Assembly: GCA_035712145.1 (NCBI GenBank)
Contig: DASTBI010000096.1
Span: 16,513-80,512, forward strand
DNA from: Candidatus Eiseniibacteriota bacterium
Lineage (GTDB): Bacteria > Eisenbacteria > RBG-16-71-46
Reading direction: 5' to 3'
Length of the DNA: 64,000 bases
Position numbers and translations under genes: made by a program. This document shows, one piece after another, positions 46,249-55,299 of this stretch (position 1 is the first letter of the stretch; every line of letters starts with the position of its first letter). The notes below the pieces were generated by a model. The model ran no database searches and was not told the DNA's origin. It worked only from the letters and a program-made list of their open reading frames with translations.

Positions 46249-47052
46249 ATGAGCTCCACCTGGCCCCAGTTCGTGGGCGGCGTTCCCGCGCACTACGACC
46301 GCTATCTGGTGCCGGTGATCTTCGACCCCTACGCCGTCGATCTCGCCGAGCGTCTTACCCGGGTGAGCGGAGGCGAGGTGCTCGAGATCGCGTGCGGGAC
46401 CGGCGTCGTGACCCAGCGGCTGCGCCAGGTCCTGCCGCGCGAGACCGCGCTGACGGCCACCGATCTCCATGAGGAGATGGTGGAGGAGGCCCGGCGGCGC
46501 AATCCCGGCCCGGGAGTGACGTGGAAGGTCGCCGATGGAACGGCGCTGCCGTTCGAGGACAACCGCTTCGACTCGGTCGTCTGCCAGTTCGGCGTGATGT
46601 TCTTTCCCGACAAGCTCGCCGGAATGCGCGAGGCGCGGCGCGTGCTGCGCTCGAGCGGCCGCTACGTCTTCAACGTCTGGGACAGTCATGCCGTGAACCC
46701 TTTCGGCCGGATCGCGTACGACACCATCACCACGTTGCTGCCCGCGGGCCAGCCACCCTTCTACGACAAGCCGTTCAGCTTCTGCGACGAGCCGGCCATC
46801 CGCTCCCTGTTGCGCGACGCCGGCTTCCGCTCCAGCGCGATCGAGCGGGTTCCGATGCGGACGTCCAGTCCGTCGGCGCGCGAGTTCGCCACCGGTCTCG
46901 TGCGGGGGAACCCCGTGATCCTCACGATCCAGGAGTGCGGTCTCAGCGACGACGAGGTCATCTCTGCGATCGAGCGCGAGCTGATCCGCGAAGGCGGCGA
47001 CCTGCCCTATCGCTCGACGAGCCAGGCCCTGGTGGTGACGGCCAAGGTCTAG
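46249..47052 (+). CDS. Class I SAM-dependent methyltransferase
   Basis: VLEIACGTGVVT is motif I. Confidence 0.75.
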   Translation: MSSTWPQFVGGVPAHYDRYLVPVIFDPYAVDLAERLTRVSGGEVLEIACGTGVVTQRLRQVLPRETALTATDLHEEMVEEARRRNPGPGVTWKVADGTALPFEDNRFDSVVCQFGVMFFPDKLAGMREARRVLRSSGRYVFNVWDSHAVNPFGRIAYDTITTLLPAGQPPFYDKPFSFCDEPAIRSLLRDAGFRSSAIERVPMRTSSPSAREFATGLVRGNPVILTIQECGLSDDEVISAIERELIREGGDLPYRSTSQALVVTAKV

Positions 47053-47053
47053 C

Positions 47054-47782
47054 TCAGGGCTCGGCGGACCCCGTCTCGCCTCCCTCGGCCACGGCTTTCA
47101 GACGCGCCAGCGACGGGATCGTGAAGCTCGACTCGCGGGTGATCACGAGCTCTTCCCGGCCCCAGCGAGACAGCGTCCGGATCGCGGACTCGACCGTGGT
47201 CGAGACCAGCTCCGCCACTTCCTGGCGAGTGAGCTGGATCGGGATCTCCACCCCTTCGCCGGCCGGGCGACCCATCCGCGCAGCCAGCGTCAGGAAAAGG
47301 CGCGCGATCCGCATCTCGACTCTCTGGCCGCGCATGTCGCCGAGCTTGCGCGTGAGCGCGATCGAAAGACGCGTGAGCTCGCGCATGACGGCGCGCGCGA
47401 ACTCCGGATGCTTGTCGAGCAGATGGAAGTATTCGGTGCGCGGGATGCGGATCAACGTCACGGCTTCGATCGCAATCGCGCTCGCGGGATAGGGGATGCC
47501 GTCGTACACCGCGATCGCTCCGACCGGCTCACCCACATCGAAGATCTCGAGGATCACGTCGCCGCCGGCGCCGTGGCGCACGATCTTCACCCGCCCCTTC
47601 ACGATGAGGGTGAAAGCATCGGCCGAGTCCCCCGCGCTCCAGATCGTCTCGCCGCGGGCGTAGTCGCGCAGCGACGCGATGGCTTTCAGCCGCGCCAACT
47701 CGGCGGGTGACAGGCCGCGAAACATCGGAGTCGAGCGGAGCGCCACGCTCAGCCGCTCTTCCCGGATTTCGGATCGAGCCAA
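47054..47782 (-). CDS. Crp/Fnr family transcriptional regulator
   Basis: It has a cNMP-binding-like beta-roll and a C-terminal HTH (RQEVAELVSTTVESAIRTLSRW). It is divergent from the nos operon. Confidence 0.8.
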   Translation of the reverse strand: MARSEIREERLSVALRSTPMFRGLSPAELARLKAIASLRDYARGETIWSAGDSADAFTLIVKGRVKIVRHGAGGDVILEIFDVGEPVGAIAVYDGIPYPASAIAIEAVTLIRIPRTEYFHLLDKHPEFARAVMRELTRLSIALTRKLGDMRGQRVEMRIARLFLTLAARMGRPAGEGVEIPIQLTRQEVAELVSTTVESAIRTLSRWGREELVITRESSFTIPSLARLKAVAEGGETGSAEP

Positions 47783-47881
47783 CGTCGCACCTCACGGGTG
47801 GGTCTCGCGGTCAGGATGGCGGGCTGTCCGCGGGCGCGCAAGTCCCATGAAGCTTGCGACTTGGCGGGAATCGGCCGCGGA

Positions 47882-47897
47882 TATGACGCCGGTCATA
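47882..47897. promoter_or_regulatory. Putative Dnr/NnrR/FNR-type box, TATGAC-N4-GTCATA
   Basis: A perfect-arm palindrome lies 36 bp upstream of the hemerythrin ATG, in the crp-nos divergent intergenic region. Confidence 0.4.
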
Positions 47898-47932
47898 CCG
47901 GGAAAGCGCCGTCGCGACGATCTTCCCGGCGT

Positions 47933-48469
47933 ATGGAGAGCGCACGGTCCAGAGCTCAGAGCCCGTTCGATCGGTTCCGCCGCGATCACCTCCGAGTGCT
48001 CACTCGACTGACCGCGATCGAGGAAGCGACCGGGCGCGGCCGCCCCGTCGACGAGACGCGGCTGCGACGCCACCTCGACGGTCTCGGCCGGCAGTTCGAC
48101 ACGCACATGGCCGCCGAGGAATCGGTCTTCTATCCCGTGCTCGCGCGCACACTGCCGGCGACGGAATCTTCGCTACGCCCGTTGAACGACGAGCACACCG
48201 ACCTGCGCGAGATGCTGGCCGCCCTGCGCGTCACGCTCGGGCGCCCACGAAGCCCTGAGCGCGACGTGCAGATCGGCATCCAGGCACGCGATCTCGTGGA
48301 CCTCCTGCGCGCGCACATCCGCAAGGAGGAAGTGGTCGTCTTCGATGTCTCGGAGCGAGTGCTCCGGCCCGGGGAGCTTCGGGGTCTCCACCGCAGGCTG
48401 AAGTCCTTCCTCCCCGCACGCGCCCGCCTCGCCGAGGCCGGGCGTGAGAAAGGCAAGCACGGGTCATGA
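47933..48469 (+). CDS. Hemerythrin-like (HHE cation-binding) domain protein
   Basis: His and Glu ligand patterns occur at FRRDHLRV, THMAAEESVFYP, NDEHTDLRE and LRAHIRKEE. The stop overlaps the cytochrome c start (ATGA). Confidence 0.7.
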   Translation: MESARSRAQSPFDRFRRDHLRVLTRLTAIEEATGRGRPVDETRLRRHLDGLGRQFDTHMAAEESVFYPVLARTLPATESSLRPLNDEHTDLREMLAALRVTLGRPRSPERDVQIGIQARDLVDLLRAHIRKEEVVVFDVSERVLRPGELRGLHRRLKSFLPARARLAEAGREKGKHGS

Positions 48470-48942
48470 ACGTCCTGGTTCGAGGTCTGCTCCTCGCGGC
48501 CCTCGCAGCCGCGATGGGTTGTGGTGGATCGAAGTCCGCCGACGAGGGGAAGGATGAGGCCCGCGCCTCGACCGGCGGCTCCGGGGCTTCAGCCTCGGCG
48601 TCGAAGTTCGACCAGGGGCCCCGCGCCGGTGAATCGGCTGCGAACGAAGAGCTCGCCGAGCGGGGAGAGAAGCTCTTCCAGGAGAAGGGCTGCTCCGCCT
48701 GCCACGCCTTCGGCAAGCGCAGCGCCGGACCCGATCTCGCCGGCGTGTCGATGCGCCGCACCGCGCGATGGATGGAAAACCAGATCCTTCACCCCGACGT
48801 GATGGTGAAGGAGGACCCGATCTCGCGCGCCATGTTCGGAGAGTTCGCGCTCCAGATGCCGAACCAGGGGCTCACGCCCGAAGAAGCCAAGGCTGTCATC
48901 GAGTACTTCAAGCACCAGGACCAGGAAGCGGACGAGGACTGA
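48466..48942 (+). CDS. Monoheme class I c-type cytochrome, lipoprotein (clade-II nos 'cy-c')
   Basis: The lipobox AAMGCGG, a CSACH heme motif and a downstream Met are present. Confidence 0.8.
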   Translation: MNVLVRGLLLAALAAAMGCGGSKSADEGKDEARASTGGSGASASASKFDQGPRAGESAANEELAERGEKLFQEKGCSACHAFGKRSAGPDLAGVSMRRTARWMENQILHPDVMVKEDPISRAMFGEFALQMPNQGLTPEEAKAVIEYFKHQDQEADED

Positions 48943-48964
48943 CCGCGTAAAGGAGGCGTACGTC

Positions 48965-50866
48965 ATGAAACGCTGGATCGTCACAACTGTGACCGCACTC
49001 GTGCTGGCCGCGGTCGCCCTGTCGCTCGGCTGCGCCGGCTCCGGATCCGCGCGCAAGGGCTCCGCCGCCGAGAAGGTCTACGTGAAGCCGGGTGAGCACG
49101 ACGCGTACTACGCGTTCCTCTCCGGCGGGCATCACGGGAACATCTACGTCTACGGCTTCCCTTCGTCGCGGCACATCACGACCATTCCCGTCTTCACGCC
49201 CGAGCCCGCGGTGGGCTATGGCTACGACGAGGACAGCAAGGCCATGCTGGGCGGACGCACCTGGGGCGACGCGCACCATCCCGGCCTCTCGGAGACCGAC
49301 GGCAACTACGATGGGCGCTGGCTGTTCATCAACGACATGGTCGGGGCACGGATCGCGCGCATCGATCTCAAGGACTTCAAGACCCGCCAGATCTTCGGTC
49401 CGATCCCCAACCTGTCGGCGGCGCACGCCTGTCCCTTCCCCACGCCGAACACCGAATACGTGTTCGCGGCGTCGCGATTCTCCGTGCCGGTTCCGAATCG
49501 CGCCACGCGCATCGAGGACTACGGCAAGGACTTCAACGGCATCATCGCCGGCATCAAGGTGGCGCCTGACGACGGCACCATGTCGCTCGGCTTCGAGATC
49601 CTGACCCCGCCTTTCGACTGGGACCTGGCGGACGCAGGCAAGGGTCCGAGCCACGGCTGGGAGTTCTTCACCTGCTACAACAGCGAGCTGGCCTTCGATT
49701 CGCTGGAGGTGAAGGCGTCGCAGAACGAGATGGACTTCATCGCGGCCGTCGACTGGCGCGCCGCGCAGAAGGCGGTCGACGAGGGCAAGGCCAAGACGAT
49801 CGGCGGCGCCCCGGTGCTGCATCCGCAAGAAGTGAGGGGCATCATCTATCTGATCCCGGTGCCGAAGAGCCCGCACGGCGTGGACGTGAACCCGACCGGG
49901 GAGTACATCTGCGCGAGCGGCAAGCTGCAGGCCGAGGTCAGCGTCTTCAGCTTCGCGAAGTTCCAGGCCGCCATCCAGGCCGAGAAGTTCGACGGCGACC
50001 GCGGCGGCATCCCGGTGCTCAAGTACGAGGACGTGCTCGAGGCCAAGGTCCCGGTGGGCCTGGGCCCGCTGCACACGCAGTTCGACGACAAGGGCTTCGC
50101 CTACACTTCGCTGTTCCTCGACTCCCAGATCGCCAAGTGGAAGGTCGGCCCGCCGTGGAACGTCGACGACAAGATCGACGTCTACTACTCGATCGGGCAC
50201 CTCATGGCGTCGGAAGGCGACACCAAGAACCCGACCGGTGAATACGTCATCGCGCTCGACAAGCTCTCGAAGAGCCGCTACCTCTCGGTCGGACCCACTC
50301 ATCCCGAGGCGGCCCAGCTCATCGACATCCGCGGTCCGAAGATGGAGCTCCTGTACGACTTCCCGACCTATCTCGAGCCCCACTACGCGCAGATGATCCG
50401 CGCCGAGAAGCTCAAGCCCATCACCGTCTACCCGATCGCCGAGAACAAGAACAAGGACGCCATCAAGACCGCCGAGGAAGCTCGGATCGTGCGCAAGGGG
50501 AACCGGGTCGACGTCTACGCTCTGGCGGTGCGGACGCACTTCACGCCCGACAAGGTCAAGGTCAACCAGGGGGACGACGTCTACTTCCACGTCACCAACC
50601 TGGAGCAGGACGACGATATCGCCCACGGGTTCGCGGTGCTGTGGTCCAACGGCAACATGCAGATCGAGCCGGGTGAGACCAAGACCATGCACTGGAAGGC
50701 CGAGCAGGTGGGGATCACGCCGTTCTACTGCTCGAACTTCTGCAGCGCGCTGCATCAGGAGATGCAGGGCCTGATCGAGGTCCAGCCGCGCGGCGCGAAG
50801 GTGGCGGCGGTCCAGCGACCGGATCCGCGCCAGGTGAGCGAGATCGCGGCGCTCCTCCAGCGATAA
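48965..50866 (+). CDS. nosZ: Nitrous-oxide reductase NosZ, clade II (Sec lipoprotein signal)
   Basis: The CuA motif is FYCSNFCSALHQEM. The N-terminal beta-propeller has conserved His (DAHHPG, SAAHACPF). The lipobox LSLGCAG and an AAAGGAGG RBS are present. Confidence 0.9.
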   Translation: MKRWIVTTVTALVLAAVALSLGCAGSGSARKGSAAEKVYVKPGEHDAYYAFLSGGHHGNIYVYGFPSSRHITTIPVFTPEPAVGYGYDEDSKAMLGGRTWGDAHHPGLSETDGNYDGRWLFINDMVGARIARIDLKDFKTRQIFGPIPNLSAAHACPFPTPNTEYVFAASRFSVPVPNRATRIEDYGKDFNGIIAGIKVAPDDGTMSLGFEILTPPFDWDLADAGKGPSHGWEFFTCYNSELAFDSLEVKASQNEMDFIAAVDWRAAQKAVDEGKAKTIGGAPVLHPQEVRGIIYLIPVPKSPHGVDVNPTGEYICASGKLQAEVSVFSFAKFQAAIQAEKFDGDRGGIPVLKYEDVLEAKVPVGLGPLHTQFDDKGFAYTSLFLDSQIAKWKVGPPWNVDDKIDVYYSIGHLMASEGDTKNPTGEYVIALDKLSKSRYLSVGPTHPEAAQLIDIRGPKMELLYDFPTYLEPHYAQMIRAEKLKPITVYPIAENKNKDAIKTAEEARIVRKGNRVDVYALAVRTHFTPDKVKVNQGDDVYFHVTNLEQDDDIAHGFAVLWSNGNMQIEPGETKTMHWKAEQVGITPFYCSNFCSALHQEMQGLIEVQPRGAKVAAVQRPDPRQVSEIAALLQR

Positions 50867-50875
50867 CGGACGGCA

Positions 50876-51502
50876 ATGAACAACTTCTGGAGTGAGCCTT
50901 TCCAGGCCGGGCACCGGCGGCTGATCTTCATCGTGGCCGTGGTGCTGATCCCGGTGTTCTTCATCCCGGTGCTGCCGATCTGGACGATGAGGCTGTGGGC
51001 CCCTCAGTATCCTGAGGGGCTCCGCCTCGTCATCTTCGCGAACACGATCAAGGGCGATCTCGACAAGATCAACATCCTGAACCACTACGTCGGAATGCAC
51101 GCGATCACCGCGAACGACTTCAAGGAGTTCGGCTACATGCCGCTGGCGCTCACGTTGTTCGGGGTCATGGCGCTGATGGCGGCGATCGCGAACCGCCGTG
51201 ACGTCGCGCTGATCGGATGGGCGGCGTTCACGCTCTTCGCGGTCGTGATGTTCAAGGACTACGCCAACTGGCTCTATCACTACGGACACGACCTGGATCC
51301 CCGGGCCGCCATCAAGCTCGATACCTTCACGCCGCCGCTGATCGGCTACAAGAAGATGGCGAACTTCCGCGTTTGGAGCCTGCCCGATCTGGGAGGGATC
51401 CTGCTCGGGATCGCCTGGCTGATGGGTCCGTTGGTCGCGCTGCTGGACGTGCTCGGGCGCCGGAAGCGCCTAGCCGCGGGCCGCTCCACGGTGGCTGCCT
51501 GA
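50876..51502 (+). CDS. NosB-like polytopic membrane protein of clade-II nos clusters
   Basis: The 208-aa product has 4 to 5 TM helices and sits immediately after nosZ, before nosD. This matches the described nosB position. Confidence 0.55.
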   Translation: MNNFWSEPFQAGHRRLIFIVAVVLIPVFFIPVLPIWTMRLWAPQYPEGLRLVIFANTIKGDLDKINILNHYVGMHAITANDFKEFGYMPLALTLFGVMALMAAIANRRDVALIGWAAFTLFAVVMFKDYANWLYHYGHDLDPRAAIKLDTFTPPLIGYKKMANFRVWSLPDLGGILLGIAWLMGPLVALLDVLGRRKRLAAGRSTVAA

Positions 51503-51515
51503 GGCGGGCGAAGTC

Positions 51516-52886
51516 ATGAGCGCGGCACGTCGGGTGCTGCTGGCCCTTGGGTTGACGCCGCTCCTCGCGGCCGGCGCCGCGCAAGCGCGCGTGCTCTTGC
51601 CGCCGGAAGGCTCGATCGCGGTCGCGCTCCAGCAGGCGCGCCCGGGAGACACCCTGGTCGTGCCCAAAGGCGTCCATCGCGAGCGCATCCGCATCCAGGT
51701 CCCGCTCACGCTCCGCGGCGAGCCCGGAGCGGTGCTGGATGGCGGAAGCGAGGGCTCGGTGCTCACGGTCGAGGCCTCGGGCGCGACGATCGAGGATCTC
51801 GAGATTCGAGGCAGCGGCAACCGTGTCATCACGGTGGACAGCGGCGTGCGCGTGCTCGGAGCGTCCGGGGTCCGGCTCCGCCGCTTGATCCTCACCCAAG
51901 TGCTCTACGGCATCTCGGCCGAGCGCTCGGACCAGATCTCGATCGAGGATTGCCGGCTCGCGGGCCGCGTGCCCCCGCGTGAGGAGCGCGGCGACGGCAA
52001 CGGGCTCCACCTCTGGTACTGCCGCGACGCCGTGCTTCGCGGCAACGAGCTGTCCCGGTTCCTCGACGGCATCTACCTGTCGTTCGTGGATCGCGCGCAG
52101 GTCGAGAACAATCGGCTGAGCGACCACGGGCGGTACGGGCTCCACACGATGTACTGCCACAACACACGGCTCGTCGACAACGATTTCACTCGCAATGTCG
52201 CCGGCATCGCCATCATGTTCTCCAACGGTCTTCACGTGGAGCGCAATCGCATGGTCCGGAACCGGGGGCCTCGCACGTACGGCCTGCTGCTACGCGACTG
52301 CAACGGCGGCCGCTTCGAGGCCAACCATCTCGTCGACAACACGGTCGCGATCTTCATGGACAACTCGAATCGCAATCATGTGACCGGCAACCGGCTCTCG
52401 GACAACGGCTGGGGCGTGATCCTGTTCGCGTCGTGCGCCGGCAACGAATTCGCCGGCAACGACTTCATCGACAACGACTATCCGCTGGCGCTCGACATGC
52501 GGCGCACCGACAACCGGTTCGACGACGGGCGGCGAGGCAACTACTGGAGCGGGAGCGCTCCGTACGATCTCGACGCCGACGGCGTCAGCGATGCGCCTCA
52601 CTCGCCGGTGAGCGCATTCGCGTTCGTGTCCAAGCAATATCCTGATCTTTCGATCCTGGCTCGCAGCCCCGCGGTCGTCGCCTTGTCGGTCGCCGAGCGG
52701 GTGTTTCCGTCGCTCCAGCCGAGCGAGGCGGTGGACCGTTTTCCCAGCGTGCGCCCCACGGTGGCGAGCCCATCCGAAGCCGGAGAGCGCCGCGGCGCCC
52801 GCCGCAGCTGGACCGCGGCCTTGGCCTTCTCTCTGTTGCTCGGGATGGGGCTCGCCGGCTTCACCCGGCGCCGGGAGGTCCCGTGA
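51516..52886 (+). CDS. nosD: NosD, periplasmic right-handed beta-helix (CASH) copper-cluster assembly protein
   Basis: Repeated beta-helix rungs (NxxxxN / GIxL patterns) are present, such as NRLSDNGWGVILFASCAGNEFAGNDFIDN. A signal peptide is present. Confidence 0.85.
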   Translation: MSAARRVLLALGLTPLLAAGAAQARVLLPPEGSIAVALQQARPGDTLVVPKGVHRERIRIQVPLTLRGEPGAVLDGGSEGSVLTVEASGATIEDLEIRGSGNRVITVDSGVRVLGASGVRLRRLILTQVLYGISAERSDQISIEDCRLAGRVPPREERGDGNGLHLWYCRDAVLRGNELSRFLDGIYLSFVDRAQVENNRLSDHGRYGLHTMYCHNTRLVDNDFTRNVAGIAIMFSNGLHVERNRMVRNRGPRTYGLLLRDCNGGRFEANHLVDNTVAIFMDNSNRNHVTGNRLSDNGWGVILFASCAGNEFAGNDFIDNDYPLALDMRRTDNRFDDGRRGNYWSGSAPYDLDADGVSDAPHSPVSAFAFVSKQYPDLSILARSPAVVALSVAERVFPSLQPSEAVDRFPSVRPTVASPSEAGERRGARRSWTAALAFSLLLGMGLAGFTRRREVP

Positions 52887-53656
52887 TCCACGCCGCGGGT
52901 CTGGTCAAGCGCTACGGCGCGGTGGTCGCGGTCGACCATCTGTCATTCGACGTGAACGCGGGGGAGACGTTCGCGCTCGTCGGACCCAATGGCGCCGGGA
53001 AGACCACGACGCTCCGCCTGCTCCTCGGTCTCTCGCTTCCCGACCAGGGGACGATCACCATCGGCGCCCGGCGTCTTCCGCCCAACCACCCCGAGGCTCG
53101 CGCCGCGCTCGGTTACGTGCCGCAGAAGGTCGAGTTCCCCCGCGGCCGCACGGTGACCGAGGTGCTGCGGTTCTTCGCCCGTCTGCGCGGACTCGATGCG
53201 CGCGCGGTGGACCGAGCTCTCGAGCGGGTGGGCCTTTCCGAATTCGCGTCGCGCCGGGCGACCGAGCTCTCCGGTGGATACACGCAGCGGCTCTCGCTCG
53301 GCCAGGCGCTGCTGGCCGATCCTTCCCTGCTCGTTCTCGACGAGCCCACGGCCAGCCTCGATCCGGAAGCGACCTGGGAGTTTCGATCGCTGGTCGAGCA
53401 GCTGAGAGCCGAGGGCAAGACGATCCTCCTGTGCTCCCACCTGCTGTCCGAAGTGGAGCGCGTCGCCGACCGCGTGCTGATCCTGGTGGAAGGCCGTGAG
53501 GCCGCGCTCGAGCGGATGGACGAGCTGCGCACGCGCCAGGAAGCCGCGGCGCGGCGCGCCCTCGAAGGCCACGCCCGCAACGACGGAGCGATGTCCCTCC
53601 CCACGCTCGAGGAGGTCTTCCTCTCGGTGGTGCGCAAGGAGAGGGCCGATGCGTGA
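52883..53656 (+). CDS. nosF: NosF ABC transporter ATP-binding protein
   Basis: Walker A GPNGAGKTTT, signature LSGGYTQRLSLGQAL, and Walker B LLVLDEP are present. The GTG start overlaps the nosD stop. Confidence 0.85.
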   Translation: MIHAAGLVKRYGAVVAVDHLSFDVNAGETFALVGPNGAGKTTTLRLLLGLSLPDQGTITIGARRLPPNHPEARAALGYVPQKVEFPRGRTVTEVLRFFARLRGLDARAVDRALERVGLSEFASRRATELSGGYTQRLSLGQALLADPSLLVLDEPTASLDPEATWEFRSLVEQLRAEGKTILLCSHLLSEVERVADRVLILVEGREAALERMDELRTRQEAAARRALEGHARNDGAMSLPTLEEVFLSVVRKERADA

Positions 53657-54059
53657 CGTGGCGCGTGTCGCATGGAACGCGCTCATGCTCGCGGCGCTGG
53701 CTTCGTGCGCCGCTCGCGGGCCCAAGCCGATCGCGGTCGGCGCCGAATGCGCCGCTTGCGGCATGTCGATCGGCGATCTTCGCTTCGCCTGCGAGAGACA
53801 AGCCGGCGGCTGGTCCCAGTACGACTCGATCGAGTGCCTGCTCGACGACAAGAAGCCGGGCCCGATCTGGCTCGCCGACTACGACACGCAGACGCTCGCC
53901 CCGGCCGAGTCCTTGTGGGTGGTGAAGGGTGACTTTCCCTCACCGATGGGCGGCGGCCTCGCCGCTTTCCGCTCCCGCGCGGCCGCCGATCGAGTCGCCT
54001 CGGAGACGGGCGGCCGGGTGTCGCGACTCCCCGATGTGAAGCGGGAACCGGCGCCATGA
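53649..54059 (+). CDS. nosL: NosL copper-binding lipoprotein
   Basis: The lipobox LASCAA is present, and ECAACGMSI matches the NosL CxxCGM motif. Confidence 0.7.
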   Translation: MRDVARVAWNALMLAALASCAARGPKPIAVGAECAACGMSIGDLRFACERQAGGWSQYDSIECLLDDKKPGPIWLADYDTQTLAPAESLWVVKGDFPSPMGGGLAAFRSRAAADRVASETGGRVSRLPDVKREPAP

Positions 54060-54463
54060 AGCGCTATCTCACGCTGTTCGCCATCAGCCTGGCGATCGCG
54101 GTGGCGCTGGCGATCGTGGCCAGGAGGCCGCGGAGCCGTCCGGCCGCGCCCGTGGCGCTGGCGGTTCCCGAGGCGGCGCTCGAGCTGGCGATCGAGCACG
54201 GCGCCATGGTGCCGAGCCGCGCGGCGGTGCCCAAGGAGCACCGGGTGCGGCTCGCGGTCGAGAACCGCGACGACGAGACGGCGACGCTCTCGCTCGCCGG
54301 CTACGAGGACCGGCTCGCGCCCCGCGCGATCGCGCCGGGTGCGCGCTGGGACACCACGTTCGTCGCCGACCGGCCGGGCGAAGGCTTCGCCTGGCTCGTG
54401 GACGGCAAGCTCGCCGGCCAGTTGACGGTTTCGGGGTCTCACCTGGTGGAAGGACACCGGTAA
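54056..54463 (+). CDS. Uncharacterised 135-aa membrane-anchored periplasmic protein inside the nos operon
   Basis: It has an N-terminal TM anchor and ATGA overlaps with both nosL (upstream) and nosY (downstream). I recognised no known motif. Confidence 0.45.
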   Translation: MKRYLTLFAISLAIAVALAIVARRPRSRPAAPVALAVPEAALELAIEHGAMVPSRAAVPKEHRVRLAVENRDDETATLSLAGYEDRLAPRAIAPGARWDTTFVADRPGEGFAWLVDGKLAGQLTVSGSHLVEGHR

Positions 54464-55299
54464 TGCGTGGCGTCGACATGCGCCGCGTGCGGGTGATCGC
54501 AGGCGACGAGTTCCGGCAGGCGCTCGAGAGCCGCTGGCTGTTCGGCTTCACGGCCGTGCTCGCGGGCCTCGTGCTCGGGCTCTCCTTCTTCGGCCTGGCG
54601 CAGAGCCGCGAAGTCGGCTTCCAGGGCTTCGCGCGGGTCACGCTGAGCCTGATGAACCTGGTGCTCTTCATCGTCCCGCTCACCGGTCTCGTGCTCGGCG
54701 TCACCAGCACCTCGAGTGCTCACGGCGCGCTGTCGCTGCTGCTCGCGCAGCCGGTGAGCCGGACCGAGGTGCTGCTCGGCAAGTTCCTCGGTCTCGCGGC
54801 CGCGCTCACGGTGGCGCAGGCGGTGGGATTCGGCGCCGGCGGTCTCGTGGTCGCCTTCTACGCCGGATCCGAGCAATCGCTCGGATTCCTCGTGCTCACC
54901 GGCCTGTCCATGGCGCTCGGCTGGCTGACGGTTTCCACGGCGCTCTTCATCGCCGTGCTCTGGCCGGACCGGCTCAAGGCCATGTCCGCCGCACTGTTGC
55001 TATGGCTCCTCATGGTGGTGGCGTACGACCTCGTCGTGCTCGGGGCCACGACGCTGCTCCAGGGCGTGCCGCTCCAGAGCGTGCTGTTTCCGGCTCTGCT
55101 GCTCAATCCCGTCGACCTGGCCCGGGTGCTCACCATGCTGGCGATCGGATCGGGAGCCCTGTTCGGGCCGACCTCGGCGGTTCTCATGAAGAGCTTCGGC
55201 AGCACGGGCGGCATTGCGCTCGGGCTGCTGGTGCTCACGCTCGAGAGCGTGATCCCGCTCGTGATCGCGGCTCAGGTGTTCCGAAGAAGGGATGGGTAG
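54463..55299 (+). CDS. nosY: NosY ABC-2 type permease
   Basis: It has six TM segments and follows nosF/nosL. Its stop overlaps the nnrS start. Confidence 0.75.
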   Translation: MRGVDMRRVRVIAGDEFRQALESRWLFGFTAVLAGLVLGLSFFGLAQSREVGFQGFARVTLSLMNLVLFIVPLTGLVLGVTSTSSAHGALSLLLAQPVSRTEVLLGKFLGLAAALTVAQAVGFGAGGLVVAFYAGSEQSLGFLVLTGLSMALGWLTVSTALFIAVLWPDRLKAMSAALLLWLLMVVAYDLVVLGATTLLQGVPLQSVLFPALLLNPVDLARVLTMLAIGSGALFGPTSAVLMKSFGSTGGIALGLLVLTLESVIPLVIAAQVFRRRDG

